The translations under genes were made by a program, and so were the position numbers. Below the pieces are notes generated by a model, which saw only the letters and a program-made list of their open reading frames with translations, did no database searches and was not told the DNA's origin. Below are positions 39,222 to 50,136 of a DNA stretch of 64,000 nucleotides, piece by piece. Each line of letters starts with the position of its first letter. Positions within the stretch are counted from its first letter, which is position 1. The DNA is from Scenedesmus sp. PABB004 (lineage: Eukaryota), in the NCBI GenBank assembly GCA_014905635.1, contig JABVCE010000030.1, positions 62,001 through 126,000 on the forward strand, read 5' to 3'.

Positions 39222-40883
39222 ATGGCGCGCCGGCGCGCCCTGCTCTCCCTGGCGCTGCTGGGCCTGGCGCTGGTGGCGGTCGCTGCGCAGGCGCAGCAGC
39301 AGCAGCCGGCAGCGGCGGCGGGCGGGCAGGACGCCAAGCAGCCCGGTGAGCGAGCTGCACGCGGCGGCGCAGGCCGTGCGGCGCTGCGCGCGGCGCGGCG
39401 GGGCAGCGGCGGCGCGCGCGTCCCGCCTGGCCCGCCAACCGTCGCCGCACTTGCTCCCAGGCAAGCCCGGCAGCAGCAAGGCGGGCAGCGGCAGCAAGCC
39501 GGGAGGCAGCGGCGCCAAGCCCGGGAGCGGCGCCAAGCCCGGGAGCGGCGCCAAGCCCGGGACCGGGGCGAAGCCCGGCGGCGCGAAGGCGCGGCCCGCG
39601 CCGGCGCCGCGCAAGGCGTCTGACGCGGACGCGCCGTTCTTCATCCCCGTGCTGCTGGACGGCCCCACCGCGCTGGAGGTGGGGTCGAGCGTGGTGTGGA
39701 CCGAGGCGAGCCTGACGCGCCCCGACGACGACGACCCCGGCACCACGGCGAGCGACTGGCGGCTCGACGCCATTGCCGCCAAGGGCGAGGCGTCCGACTG
39801 GGGCACCACGCGCAGCTGGGTCACGCCCTGCGGCTACCTGCAGTGGGTGCGCGACGCCAAGGAGGTCCGGTACACCGCCGAAGTGGACGGCTGCGCGGTG
39901 AGCGGCGCGGCCGCGTCTGCCAGCAGGACGGCGCGCCCGCCCGGGCGCGCGGCGCGCGGCGCGGCGCCAACGCCCCGCGCGCGCCGCCGCCGCCGCCGCC
40001 GCCCCGCGCAGGAGGTGTTCACGTGGACGGCCACCAAGGCGGCCAACAGCAACGTGCAGCAGGCGGGGCGCGCAAAGATCGTGGTCGCCGTCGGTGCGCG
40101 GCGGCGCGGCCCGGGGGGGGGGGGGGGGGGCGTGCACGCCACGTGGGCGCGCGCGCGGGCGGCGGCGTTGGCGCGCGCGCAGAGCCCCCCGCCGCGCCGC
40201 GTGCCACCGCAGACAATTGCGTCTACTCGCGCTGCGAGCACGAGGGCTGCGGCGACGCCTGCAGGTGCACCAGCACCGCGACTGGCGTGTGCGGCTGCGG
40301 CGGCGGGTCGGCGGGGTTCACCGCCCTCTACGACTGGGCGGCCAACCGGCACAGCTGCGTGTACGCGCCGCTCACGCCCGCGACGCCGGACAAGCGCGCG
40401 GCGGGCGTGTTTGAGGTCGAGCGCACCGCGCGCAAGGCCCTGGTGCGGGCGCGCCCGCGCGCGGGAGCCTCGCCGCCCGGCCGAAGGGCGCCGGCGGCGC
40501 CTCGCCGAGCCGTCGCTGCGCGCCGCCGCCCTCACGCGGCCGCCACCCACGCCCCGCTGTCGCGCCCGCAGCTGCCGCTCGTGTTCGGCAAGCCCTCGCA
40601 GGCCAAGTGCCTGCCGCGGCGCGCGGCGGAGGCGCTGCGCGCGCAGAGCGTGCGCTGCCGGCTCCAGCCGGGCGCGGCGCGGCGCGCGAGCGGCGCGCCC
40701 GCGGCGCGCGTGCCCGCGTTTACCGGCGACGCCGCGCCCGGGAGCTTCGTGGGGAGCTGCAGCAACGGCGTGCACAAGCTGGTGGTGGAGGTGCCGCGCG
40801 AGGCGGGGCGCTACGAGTGCTTTGTGCGGCTCAACGACCTCGCGGGCGAGCGCCCGATCGGCGAGCTGGTCGTCACGGCCTAG
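39222..40883 (+). CDS. Secreted protein of unknown function with KPGSGA repeats, a beta-rich region and a Cys-rich segment
   Basis: Signal peptide MARRRALLSLALLGLALVAVAAQA; hexapeptide repeats (K)PGSGA; exons joined by GT-AG introns; DNCVYSRCEHEGCGDACRCTSTATGVCGC; ends GRYECFVRLNDLAGERPIGELVVTA-stop. Confidence 0.8.
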
Positions 40884-40903
40884 GCCGGCGGCGGCCAGCC
40901 CGG

Positions 40904-42369
40904 GGGATCGCGGCGGCGCTGCGGCGACGAGCGGGGCAACCTGCAACTGACGCGGCCGAGCTCAGGCGCCGACGCCGCCGGCGCGGCGGCGCACGCGGCA
41001 GCACCAGCCAGCCTTGGTGCGCCGCCCTGGCGCCGCCAGCTGCAGCTGCCCTGGCGCAGAGCTGCGCGTCGCGCGGCACCGTGCTCCCGCCGGCTCCCGC
41101 GACTGACGGGCAGCGGGACGGGCAGCTGCCGAGGCAGCGCGCGACAGCCAACTCCTCGCGCGCGTGCCGCGCCCCGCGCGCACACGCCAGCTGGCCGCGC
41201 CGCGCCCGGCAGCTCCCCCAGTCGACTCTGAAACACACGCGCCCAGTGCGCGCACCGCACGCCCGCCCAGCCCGCTGCGGCAGCAGCGCGGGCTGTCCCG
41301 CGCGCGCCGCCATGGCGCGGCCCAAGGAGCTGCCGCTCGGCCTGTGGGACTGGCTGGAGCTCGCGCACGAGCCCGACCAGGCCGTGGCGTGCCGGGCGCT
41401 GGGCGAGCTGCACAAGCGCTTCGCGCCATCCGCGCTGCTCCCGCACCTACCCGCGCTGCTGGGCCTGCTGCGCCACCCCGCGCCCGCGCTGGTGGCCAAG
41501 CTGCTGGTGCTGCTGCAGTCGCTGGCAGAGAACGTTCCGGCGGCCGCCGCGCCGCTGGCGGCGCGGCTCGGCGAGCTGCTCGAGCGTGTGCTGGGCGCGC
41601 CGCATGGCCCCGCGGGCGGCGGCGCCGGGCCGGCGCTGATGATCATGGTGCGGCGGGGGAGCTCGTGAAACGCCTGTGGCAGCTGCGCGCGCGGCGCCGC
41701 TGCCGCGGGCTGCTGCCGCTGGCCAGGCGCTACAGCGAAGCTGCGCGCTGACGCTGGCCGTGCCCCGCCCGCCCACCCGCCCGCCAGGGCATGTACGTTG
41801 CGGCGACGGTGGTGCAGCGCTCGGGCGAGTGCGACGCGGTGGCGGCCCACCTGGACGCGGTGCTGGCGGCGACCGCCCCCGACTTCCCGCAAGCGCACGT
41901 CGCGCTGGACCTGCTCACGCACGCCCAGCTGGCCGCGACGGCGCAGGGCGCGCCGCCGCTGCTCGACCCCGGGCGCGTGGCGCACTGCCTCGACAGCCCC
42001 AGCGCGCAGGTCGCGGGCGGCGCGCTGCAGCTGGCGGACGCGCTCGCGGCGGCTGACGCCGGGTCGGTGCTGCCGCACCTGCCTGCGCTCGCGCGCTGCC
42101 TGGCGGCCGGCCGGCCACTCGAGGTGGTGCGCCTCGCGGCGCGCGTGTTTGGCCGCCTCTCGGGCGACCCGCGCAGCGCCGGCGCGCTCGCGCCGCACAT
42201 GGCGTCGCTGCTCCCCTGCTTGCGCGCCGACGCGGCGCTGGCGGCCACGGCGGCGGGCACGCTGCTCAACCTCGCTGGCGCGCCGGGCGCCACCGGCGTC
42301 GCGGCGGTGGTCCCGCACCTGGGCAGCCTGCTGCCGCTGCTGTCCCACGACGACGCGGCCGTCGCCGAC
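40904..42369 (+). repeat. Right arm of a ~1.5 kb inverted duplication
   Basis: Inverted match to 37458-38956; the ORF track shows near-identical translations on opposite strands. Confidence 0.95.
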
Positions 42370-42945
42370 GCGGCGGCGGGCGTGCTGTGCAACGCGGCGT
42401 CGGCGCCGGCGGGCGCGCCCGCGGCGGCGGCGCTGCTGCCCGCGCTCGCGCCGCGCGGCGGTGGCGGGCGGCTGCGCGCCACGGGGCTGATGGTCGCCTA
42501 TAACGTGGCCAGCCACGACCACATGGCGGCCGCGCTGCTGCCGGTGCTGGGGCCGCTGCTCGCGCCCTGCCTCACGCCCGGCGCGTGCGCGTCCGAGGCG
42601 GCGCTCGCCGACGACCTGCTGCGCCGCCTCGTGCCGGGGCAGCCGGTGCCGGTAGTGGGGCTCGTGGTCGACGGGCTGCTGCCGCACGCGCCCGGGCGCG
42701 CGCTGGCAGTGCTCGCGGCGGCCGCCGCGGGCGGCGGCGAGGCAGGCGCGACGGCGCTCGCGCCGCACCTGCCCGCCCTCATCGCAGCTGCGGGCGTGGC
42801 GGGGGCGGAGGCCACCGGGCACCTGGTGGAGCTCGTGGCTGGCCTGCCGAGCGGCGACGCGCGCGAGGCGGCGCTCAAGACCCTCGCCAGGGTCATTGCC
42901 TCAGGCAGCCGGCGGCGCACGCCCGGCGCGGCGCGGCAGCGATGA
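41312..42945 (+). CDS. ARM/HEAT-like helical repeat protein, full-length copy, 2 exons
   Basis: MARPKELPLGLWDWLEL...; intron 41648-41787; recurring repeats LLPHLPALLGLL, VLPHLPALARCL, VVPHLGSLLPLL...AAAGVLCN, LAPHLPALI. Confidence 0.75.
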
Positions 42946-43016
42946 GCTCATGAGCTGATCAGCGCTGAGCTCATGAGCTGATCAGCGCTGAGCTCATGAG
43001 CTGATCAGCGCTGAGC
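42943..43016. repeat. Perfect tandem repeat, 3 copies plus a partial copy of TGAGCTCATGAGCTGATCAGCGC (23 bp)
   Basis: Units at 42943, 42966 and 42989 plus TGAGC at 43012; begins at the ARM gene stop codon. Confidence 0.95.
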
Positions 43017-43321
43017 CCTGCGGGCGCGGGGCCTGAATTGGCGGGAAGGGGGGGGGGCGTGGTGCGAGCGCAGCAGTAGAGCGGAGCCGTCGAGAGCGGT
43101 GCGGGGGGCGTGGTATGAGTCGGTCACCCTTCATGGACCCCTGCTTGCTCCATCAGCCGGCCAGCCAGCCAGAGGGCGTGAACCTCCCCCTCCTTGCCGG
43201 TCGCGCGCGGCGGCGCATTTGAGTGGACGGTGTGTCAAGCTGGTGGTGGCGCTGCGTGGTTGCCTGCGCGTGCTGGTGTGGGAGAGGGCGCTCACTCGGC
43301 GGGGGGCATTTGACACGTGCA

Positions 43322-43362
<41 letters not shown>

Positions 43363-43594
43363 GCATCGCGGCCCATTGGCTCGCTGCTGGCACAGCACAC
43401 GCCAGGTCACGCTGCGGCCGGCAGCGACGGCCGCCGCGTGGCGGCGGGCGCAGTGGCAGCGGAGCACTGTGCACTGCACAAGTGCGGCGTTTGAGGGGGC
43501 AGCGATGCCTCGGGCCACCAGGACGGCTGCACGTTTGCAAACCCAATCCCAACTTGCCGGCCACGCCTCAACTCAACTCGGTGCTGCAACGGCG

Positions 43595-43681
43595 TCAGAC
43601 AGACGCGCCCCCGCCTGGCTGCCCAGACGGACCCTCTCGCTCACGCTCCTGCTGCTGCTGCTCCTCCTGCTGCTGCTGTTG

Positions 43682-43742
<61 letters not shown>

Positions 43743-45604
43743 TGCGCCGTGTCCTGCTCGTGCCGCCCCGCCTGCACGCCGTCCGGGCTGAGCCCCGCGC
43801 CCTGGCCGCCCGTGGCGCGCAGCCACTCGTGGTACCTGAGGCGAAGGGAGGGAGGGGGGGGGGGGAGGGGCAGGGGCCGGCGGCGAGCGGTGGCCAGCGG
43901 CTGAGGCGCGCCGCCGCATCGCGCTGGCCCGCGCGCGGCGGCGGCGCGGGGCTGGCCTGCCGGCCGCGGCGCGGCGCCGCACACCGCACGAGGTCCTTGT
44001 CATCCGGCGCCACGCCCTGCCACTGCCCCCTGCGGCGCACGTGCACACACACAAACACGGCGGGTGGGGCGGGGCGGCTCGGGCGCGCCGCAGGCGCACC
44101 CCGGCGCCGCGCCGGGGCGGGGCGGCTTGGGCGCTGCAGCGGCGCGCAGCGGCAGTCGGGTGCTGGGTGGCGGTGGCGTGGCGTGGCGCTGGCGGCACCT
44201 GCAAAAGATGTAGTACGCGTCCGCGCCGTACTTGCCGATGCCGTGCAGCTCGGTGGGGCACACCCACTGCGGCGCGGCGCGCACGCGCACCGCGGGTGGG
44301 TCCCCGCGCCGCCGGCGCCGCGCCGCCGGCCCCTGCCGCGCGCCGCGTGCGCAAGCGAGCCCCCTCGCCCCGTGCGCCCTGCGAGGCAGGCACCTGCTTG
44401 TGCACAAAGTCTGCCGACAGGCGCCGCACCGCGGCCGCGCGGCGGTTGTGCAGCCCCAGCGGCGCGATGATGCCCCGGATCGTCGCCTCGTCGGCGCCCG
44501 CCGCCGCCTCGGGCGTGGGGCACAGCTCCAGCAGCTGCCACAGCACGCGCCGCACCTGCGCGCGCGGCGCGGCGGCACAGCGCACGGCGGCACGGCTGGC
44601 GGCGCGGCGCGGCGCGGCTGCCGCCCGCGGGCCTGGCGCGGCGGGCGCGGCCGCCCGCGCGGCCCCCGGCGCCCGCATGACCGGCGCCGCGCCGCTGCCG
44701 CCGCGCCGCGCCTGGGTGCTGGTTGTTTTATTGAGCAGCATGCAGCCCAGCAGCAGGCGCCAGGGCTGCGACCAGAGCTCCTCCTCCAGCAGCCCAAACG
44801 GGCTCACCGGCGGCGCCCAGCCCGGCGCCGGCAGCCGCGGGTCGACGCCCGGGAGCGCCAGGTGCGCGTACGGCGCGGCGCCGCGCCGCGCGGCCGCGCC
44901 GGGGCTGGCGGGGCTGGCGGCGGCGCTGGGGCTGGCCGCTGCCGAGCCGCCCAGGGAGCCCGAGCCGGGGCTGCGCGGCGGCGGCGTGGCGCCGCGCTGG
45001 TGCGGGCTGGCCACGCTCGCGGCTGCGCCGGCTGGCCGCGCCCCCGCCGCTTGCCGCCGCCTGTCGGCAGCGCGTGCCGGCCCTGCGCCAGCTGCTGCTG
45101 CATGCGCTGGTGCAGCAGCTCCGCAAAGCCCGCCGCCGCGGCGCCGCCGTCGCCGCCGGCCGCTGCGGGCGGCTGCTGCTCTGGCGGCGGCGGTGGCGGT
45201 GGCGGGTCGTCCGCCGCGGGCGCGGGGTCGGGCGGGGCCGGCGGCGCCAGCGCGGCGCGCAGCCGCTTGGCCAGGCTGCCCGCTGGTGCCTGTGCGTCCT
45301 GCTGCTGCTCCTGCTGCTGCAGCAGTTGCTCTTGCTCCAGTAGCAGCGGCGCGCCGCCGGGCTGCTCCGGTGCTCCCGCTTGCGGCTCCTGCGCAACCCC
45401 TGATTCTGGGTGGTCCCGGACAGCCGGATCCCGGCCCGCAGCCGCGCCCTGCCGCTTGCGCTTGGCCGGCGCGGGCGCCGCCGGCGCCGCTGCTGCCGCC
45501 GCCGCGCCTCGCCGCGGCCGGAACGCGGGGTTGCGGCACCTGGCGCAGCCGCTCGCTGCGTAGCGGCACTTGGCGCAGCCCAGGCCGCCGCGAGCCTCGG
45601 CCAT
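43595..45604 (-). CDS. MBD4L: MBD4-like HhH-GPD DNA glycosylase with an N-terminal CxxC-x6-CxxC motif
   Basis: WAPPVSPFGLLEEELWSQPWRLLLGCMLLNKT, IIAPLGLHNRRA, ELHGIGKYGADAYYIFC, VAPDDKDL|RYHEWL. One apparent 1-nt frameshift near the C5 run at 45041-45045. Confidence 0.88.
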
Positions 45605-47817
45605 GACGGTTGCGCGGCGTCGGGCGTCGCAGCGGACGCGTCGCCGGCCGCGGCGCTGCTGGCGCGACGGCAGGGCGTGTCGCTGCAGGTGCGGCCGCTG
45701 CTTGCCTGGCTGCCGAGCGGCGGGAGTGTCGCGACGCGCTCGTCGGGCGCGGTCTGTCGCCGGGGTTTTGATCAGAGGGTTCAACGCTCGTTCGCATGAA
45801 CAGAATTACCAGCCTTGAGTGAGTGCAAGGTTCCCGCTCCCTTTTGCCGCGCCGTTGATTGAAAATTGCGGCGGTACGACTCGAGCAGCCCGACCCGCGC
45901 CAAAGAGATGCGGCACGCGCATGTAGCGGCAGCGGCCACGTTTGGCGCGCCGCCGGGCGGCGGCGCAGCGCCGCCGCACTTAAGTGTACAAGGCCGCCGG
46001 CGCGGCCGGCGGCATATGTGCAGACGTCAAAGGCGGCACGGGTCCGCCTCGCGCGGGCGCGGCGCGCGCGCCGCGCCCGCTCGCTCCCACTCGCATCCCC
46101 TCCCGCGCGGCGGGCGGCGGCGCAATCGCGGCCGCGCGCACCGCATGACCAAGCGCAGGCAGGCTCCTCCCCCTCGGCCCGAGGCGGCAGCCCAAGATGG
46201 CGGCAGCCCAAGCGCACAGCGGAGAGCCCGCTGCAGCAGCGCACGTCAACAGCCCACGCGACTCGGACTCGAGGCAAACGACGACGAGGTGCTGCTGCAT
46301 ACTCACAACCGCAGCCAGCAGGTAGTACTTTGGGGGCAGTTGCCCGCCCTGTTATTGGGCCCCGACTACTACAGTGCTGGGCCGGCACCCAGTGCCGCGG
46401 GCAGGGCGCAGGCGCGCTCGCCCTTGACCATCGCTCCTCCTCCTCCTTAGTATTGGCCCGCTCCTCGCAGAGCAGAAGAACCAGGCCGCCTCCTCCTCCT
46501 CCCACGGAACCGACCCGAGCCCGTGGCCGCGGCCACCCACCCAGCACAGGCATGCGGAGCAGCAGCAGCTCGTGCACGTGCGCGGGCGGCGGGGCGGCGG
46601 AGAGGCGGGCCCGCCCCTCCGCGCCCGCCGCCCGGGCAGCGGACTGTGTTTTTGTTTATGCGAGCGTGGTTGTGCGTGTGGCCGGGCGCGGGCGGCGCCG
46701 GCGTCGCGGCGCCGCCCGGCCGGCCACTGCTGCACGGGCGCGCGCGCTGCGCGCGCACGGGGCGCGCGGCAGGCGGGCGCGCCCTGGACGTGGGGGGCGA
46801 CAGGTGGCCAACGACCAACGCGCACACGGACGAGCCACGCGGCTGCGTGGCGGGATGAGGCCGCGCACGCGCCGCCGGCAGCCCGGGGCTGCCACGCGGC
46901 GCGCGCGGGCGGGCGCCGCCCAGTGCTGCCCTCCCCTCCCCTCCCCCTCTGCGCCGCCCCGGGGCGCTAGTAAGGCAGTGCTCCCTCCCTCCCTCTTTGC
47001 CGTTTGGTGATACGCGAGGCGACGCGCGCGGCACCGCGCGCCGCGCAAACCGAAAACCCAACGGCCCTCACCACCACAGCTCACCGGTACTACCGACACG
47101 CTCGGCAGGCCGGCCGCTCCGGGCGGCGGCACGGCAGCCCCTCACCAACCAAGAGCGGCGCGACGGCGGCGCGGGGCGGCGGGCGGCAATCGGCGCGCCA
47201 CCGCCCCCGCGCGCCGCCGCGCGCGCGCAGGCAGCTGACCCTAGAGCAATGGGGCGCGACAGCGCGCCTGCTCCGCTCCTCTGCTGCTGCTGCTGCTCGC
47301 GGCACGCCGCGCCGCCGCGCACGTGCGGCACGTGTGCGGCGGCGCGCGCGCACCCCGAGCGCGCGTGGTCAAGTCACGAGCGCACGCCAAAAACAAGCAC
47401 CAGCCACACAGGCGTGCTGCGCCGGGGTTTGTGGGTGGGGCGGGCGGCGCCGCGCGCCGGGCGTCGCGCGGCGCCGGCGCCGTGGTTGCCCTGCGGGCGG
47501 TTGGTGGTGGTTTGTCTGCCGCCGCCCGCAGCAGGATGGGAGTTGAGCCCTCGTCAAGAGTAGTAGCAGCAGGCGCCACCGGCAGGCGCCTCTCGGTCAT
47601 GCGCCCGGTCGCCCTCCCCTAACGACGTCGTCGCCGCCCTGCCAAAAAGAAGTGAAGAGCCCCCCGCGGCGAGGATGGTACACAGCAGCGGGGCCCTCGT
47701 GGGCCGCGCCTCTCTCGCGTGGGCGGCAGCGTGCCCGCCCGCGGCCGCCCGCAATCGCGGTGCGCCCGTCTCTCTCCCTCTGCCCGTGCGCGCGCGGGCG
47801 CCGCGGCCGACGTTGGG

Positions 47818-50088
47818 TCAGCATGTCGCGGCGCCGCCGCCGAGCTGGAACGCCGCCAGCGCGGCCTGGGGCGGCGGCGCGCTCGCGTACGGCTGGTGGT
47901 CGAGGGGCAGCAGATCCAGCTCGTCCACGTCCAGGTCATCCAGGTCGTCGTCGTACGACCAGCCCAGCGCGCCCGCGCCGCCCGGCGGCGGCGGCGTGCC
48001 CGCCGCGCCCGCGCCCGCGCCGGGCGCGCCGCGCTGCGCCGCCGCCGCCGCGCCGGGCGCGCTGTACGCGCTGCTCACCGCGGCGCCGCCCGCCGCGGGG
48101 ACGGCGCGGCAAAGCCGCTGAGCGAGCTGGCGCTGGTGTTGGCGCTGCTCGTCGCGGCGGCGGCCGCCGCCGCGGCGGCCGCGGCGGCGGGCTTGCCGTG
48201 CATCGGCACCGGCCGCGGCGGCGGCATCGCGAGCGACGCGAGCTGCGCGGCCGTGAAGCCCGGCTTGGCGCCGGGCCCGCCGCCGCCGGGCGCCGCGTGG
48301 CCGGGCGCCGCCTTGTTTTTTGTCGTGACGCAGTACACGCACGCGCACGCGCCCTGGTTGCTCAGCGCGGCCATCGTCGCGTGCAGGATGGGGTTGCCCG
48401 CCCCGCCCGCCGAGGCCATCATGCCGCTCTGGCTCAGCATCGCCGCGACCACGGGGTTGTGGTGCGCCACGGGCGCGGCGCCGCCGCTGGGCGCGGCACC
48501 GCCGCCGGGCGCGGCGCCGCCGGGCGCGCCGCCGCCGCCGAGCGCGGGCTGCACCAGCACCTGCTGGCGCTGCCCGGTGGGGCTGGTGAACGTGACGTAG
48601 TAGCCCCGCTCAAACGCGGGCGACGGCAGGCCGGTGCCCTTGAGCCCCGGCGCGCCGCCGAGCCCCGGCGCGGCCGGGCCGGCGCGGCCGGAGAGCGCGC
48701 CGCCGGGCGCGAGCGCCGCGCCGCCCGAGTGGCTGCTCGTGACGGCGATGCTGCTGCGGCTGCTGCCCGTGAACACGCTGCCCTCGCTGTCGCACGCGCT
48801 GCTCGCGGCGCCCAGCCCGCCCGACGCCGCGCGCACGAGCGGCGTCGCGCCGCCGAGCGGCGTCGGCGCGGCGCCGCCGCCGCACGGCGAGCCGGGCCCG
48901 GCCGCGGGCGGCGCGCTGCCGCTCGTGCTGCTGCTCGTCGGCTGCACCGGCGGCACCGCGACGCGCAGGCCGCGCGCCGCGGGCGCCTGCTGCGCTGCCG
49001 CCGCGGCCGCGCCCTGCGGCTGCGGCTGCGGCTGCTGCCCGCCCTGCGCCGCGGCGCCCGGCGGCGCGTCGGGCGCGCGCAGCGCGTGCGCGATGGCCGC
49101 CTCGTGCTTGAACAGCTCCAGCATGATCGGGTCGTCCAGGTGGTCGTCGATGCTCAGGCTGTGCGCCGCGCTCAGGCTGGCGCCGCCGCCGGACGACTGC
49201 GCGGGCGCGGGCGCTGCCGGCGCGGCCGCGGCCGCCGCCGCCGCGCCGCCGGGGCCGGCCGCCCACGCCGCCGCCGCGGCCGCGCCGGGCGAGCCGCCGC
49301 CCATGAGGCTGCTCACCGCGGCGGCCGCGGCCGCGGCGGCCGTGCCCGCCGCCGGCGCGGCGGCGTCGCCGCTCGCGGCCGGCGCGGGGGGCTGCGCGTC
49401 AAAGCCGGTGATCGTGTACGCGCTGCCGCCGCCGGCGCCGCCCTTGGCGGCGCCGCGGCCCGGCCGGGCGCGCGGCTCGGGCTCGGGCTCGCGCGCGCCG
49501 GCGCGGCGCCGCGCGCCGCGGCCGGGCGCCGCCGCCCAGCCGGCGTGGCACTCGTCGCTGTCGCTCGCCACGCCCGCCGCGCCGGGCGAGCCGGGCGCGC
49601 CCGCGGCGCCGTTGCTGCTGCTGCTGCTGCCGCCGCCGGCGGCGGGCCGGTCGGCCGCCGCCGCCGCGGCCGCGCGGCTGTCGGCCTTGCTCTTCTTGCG
49701 CGCGCTCGCGGCCGCGGTCGCGGCGGCCTTGCGCGCGGCGGCGCGGGCCGCGGCGCGCGCGGCGTCGGCGGCCGCGGCCGCCGCCGCGGCGGGGTGGACG
49801 TTGGGGTTGAGCGTGATGGCGCCGCTCGCGATGGCGGCCGCGGCGGCCGCGGCGGCCGCGCGCGCCTCCTCCTCGTCGTCGTCGCTGCTGTCCGTGTCGG
49901 CGCGGCGCGCCGCGGCGCGCTTGGTGCCGCGCGTCGCGCGCCCGCTGGCCCGGGCGCCGGCGGCGGCCGGCGGCGCGGCCGCCGGCGCGGCGCTGGCCGC
50001 CACGGTCGCCCAGCCCTGCTGCTGCGGCGCCCACATGAAGCCCTGCGGTGCCTGCTGCCAGCCGCCCTGCTGCTGCAGCACCCAGCCG

Positions 50089-50136
<48 letters not shown>

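Noticed and set aside
37458..42369. Inverted arms as terminal inverted repeats of a DNA transposon
   Set aside because: The arms consist of host-like gene and promoter sequence, the right arm continues seamlessly into the ARM coding sequence, and no transposase or target-site duplication was seen.
42943..43016. CRISPR-like array
   Set aside because: The repeats are directly adjacent with no spacers, there are no cas genes, and the context is eukaryotic.
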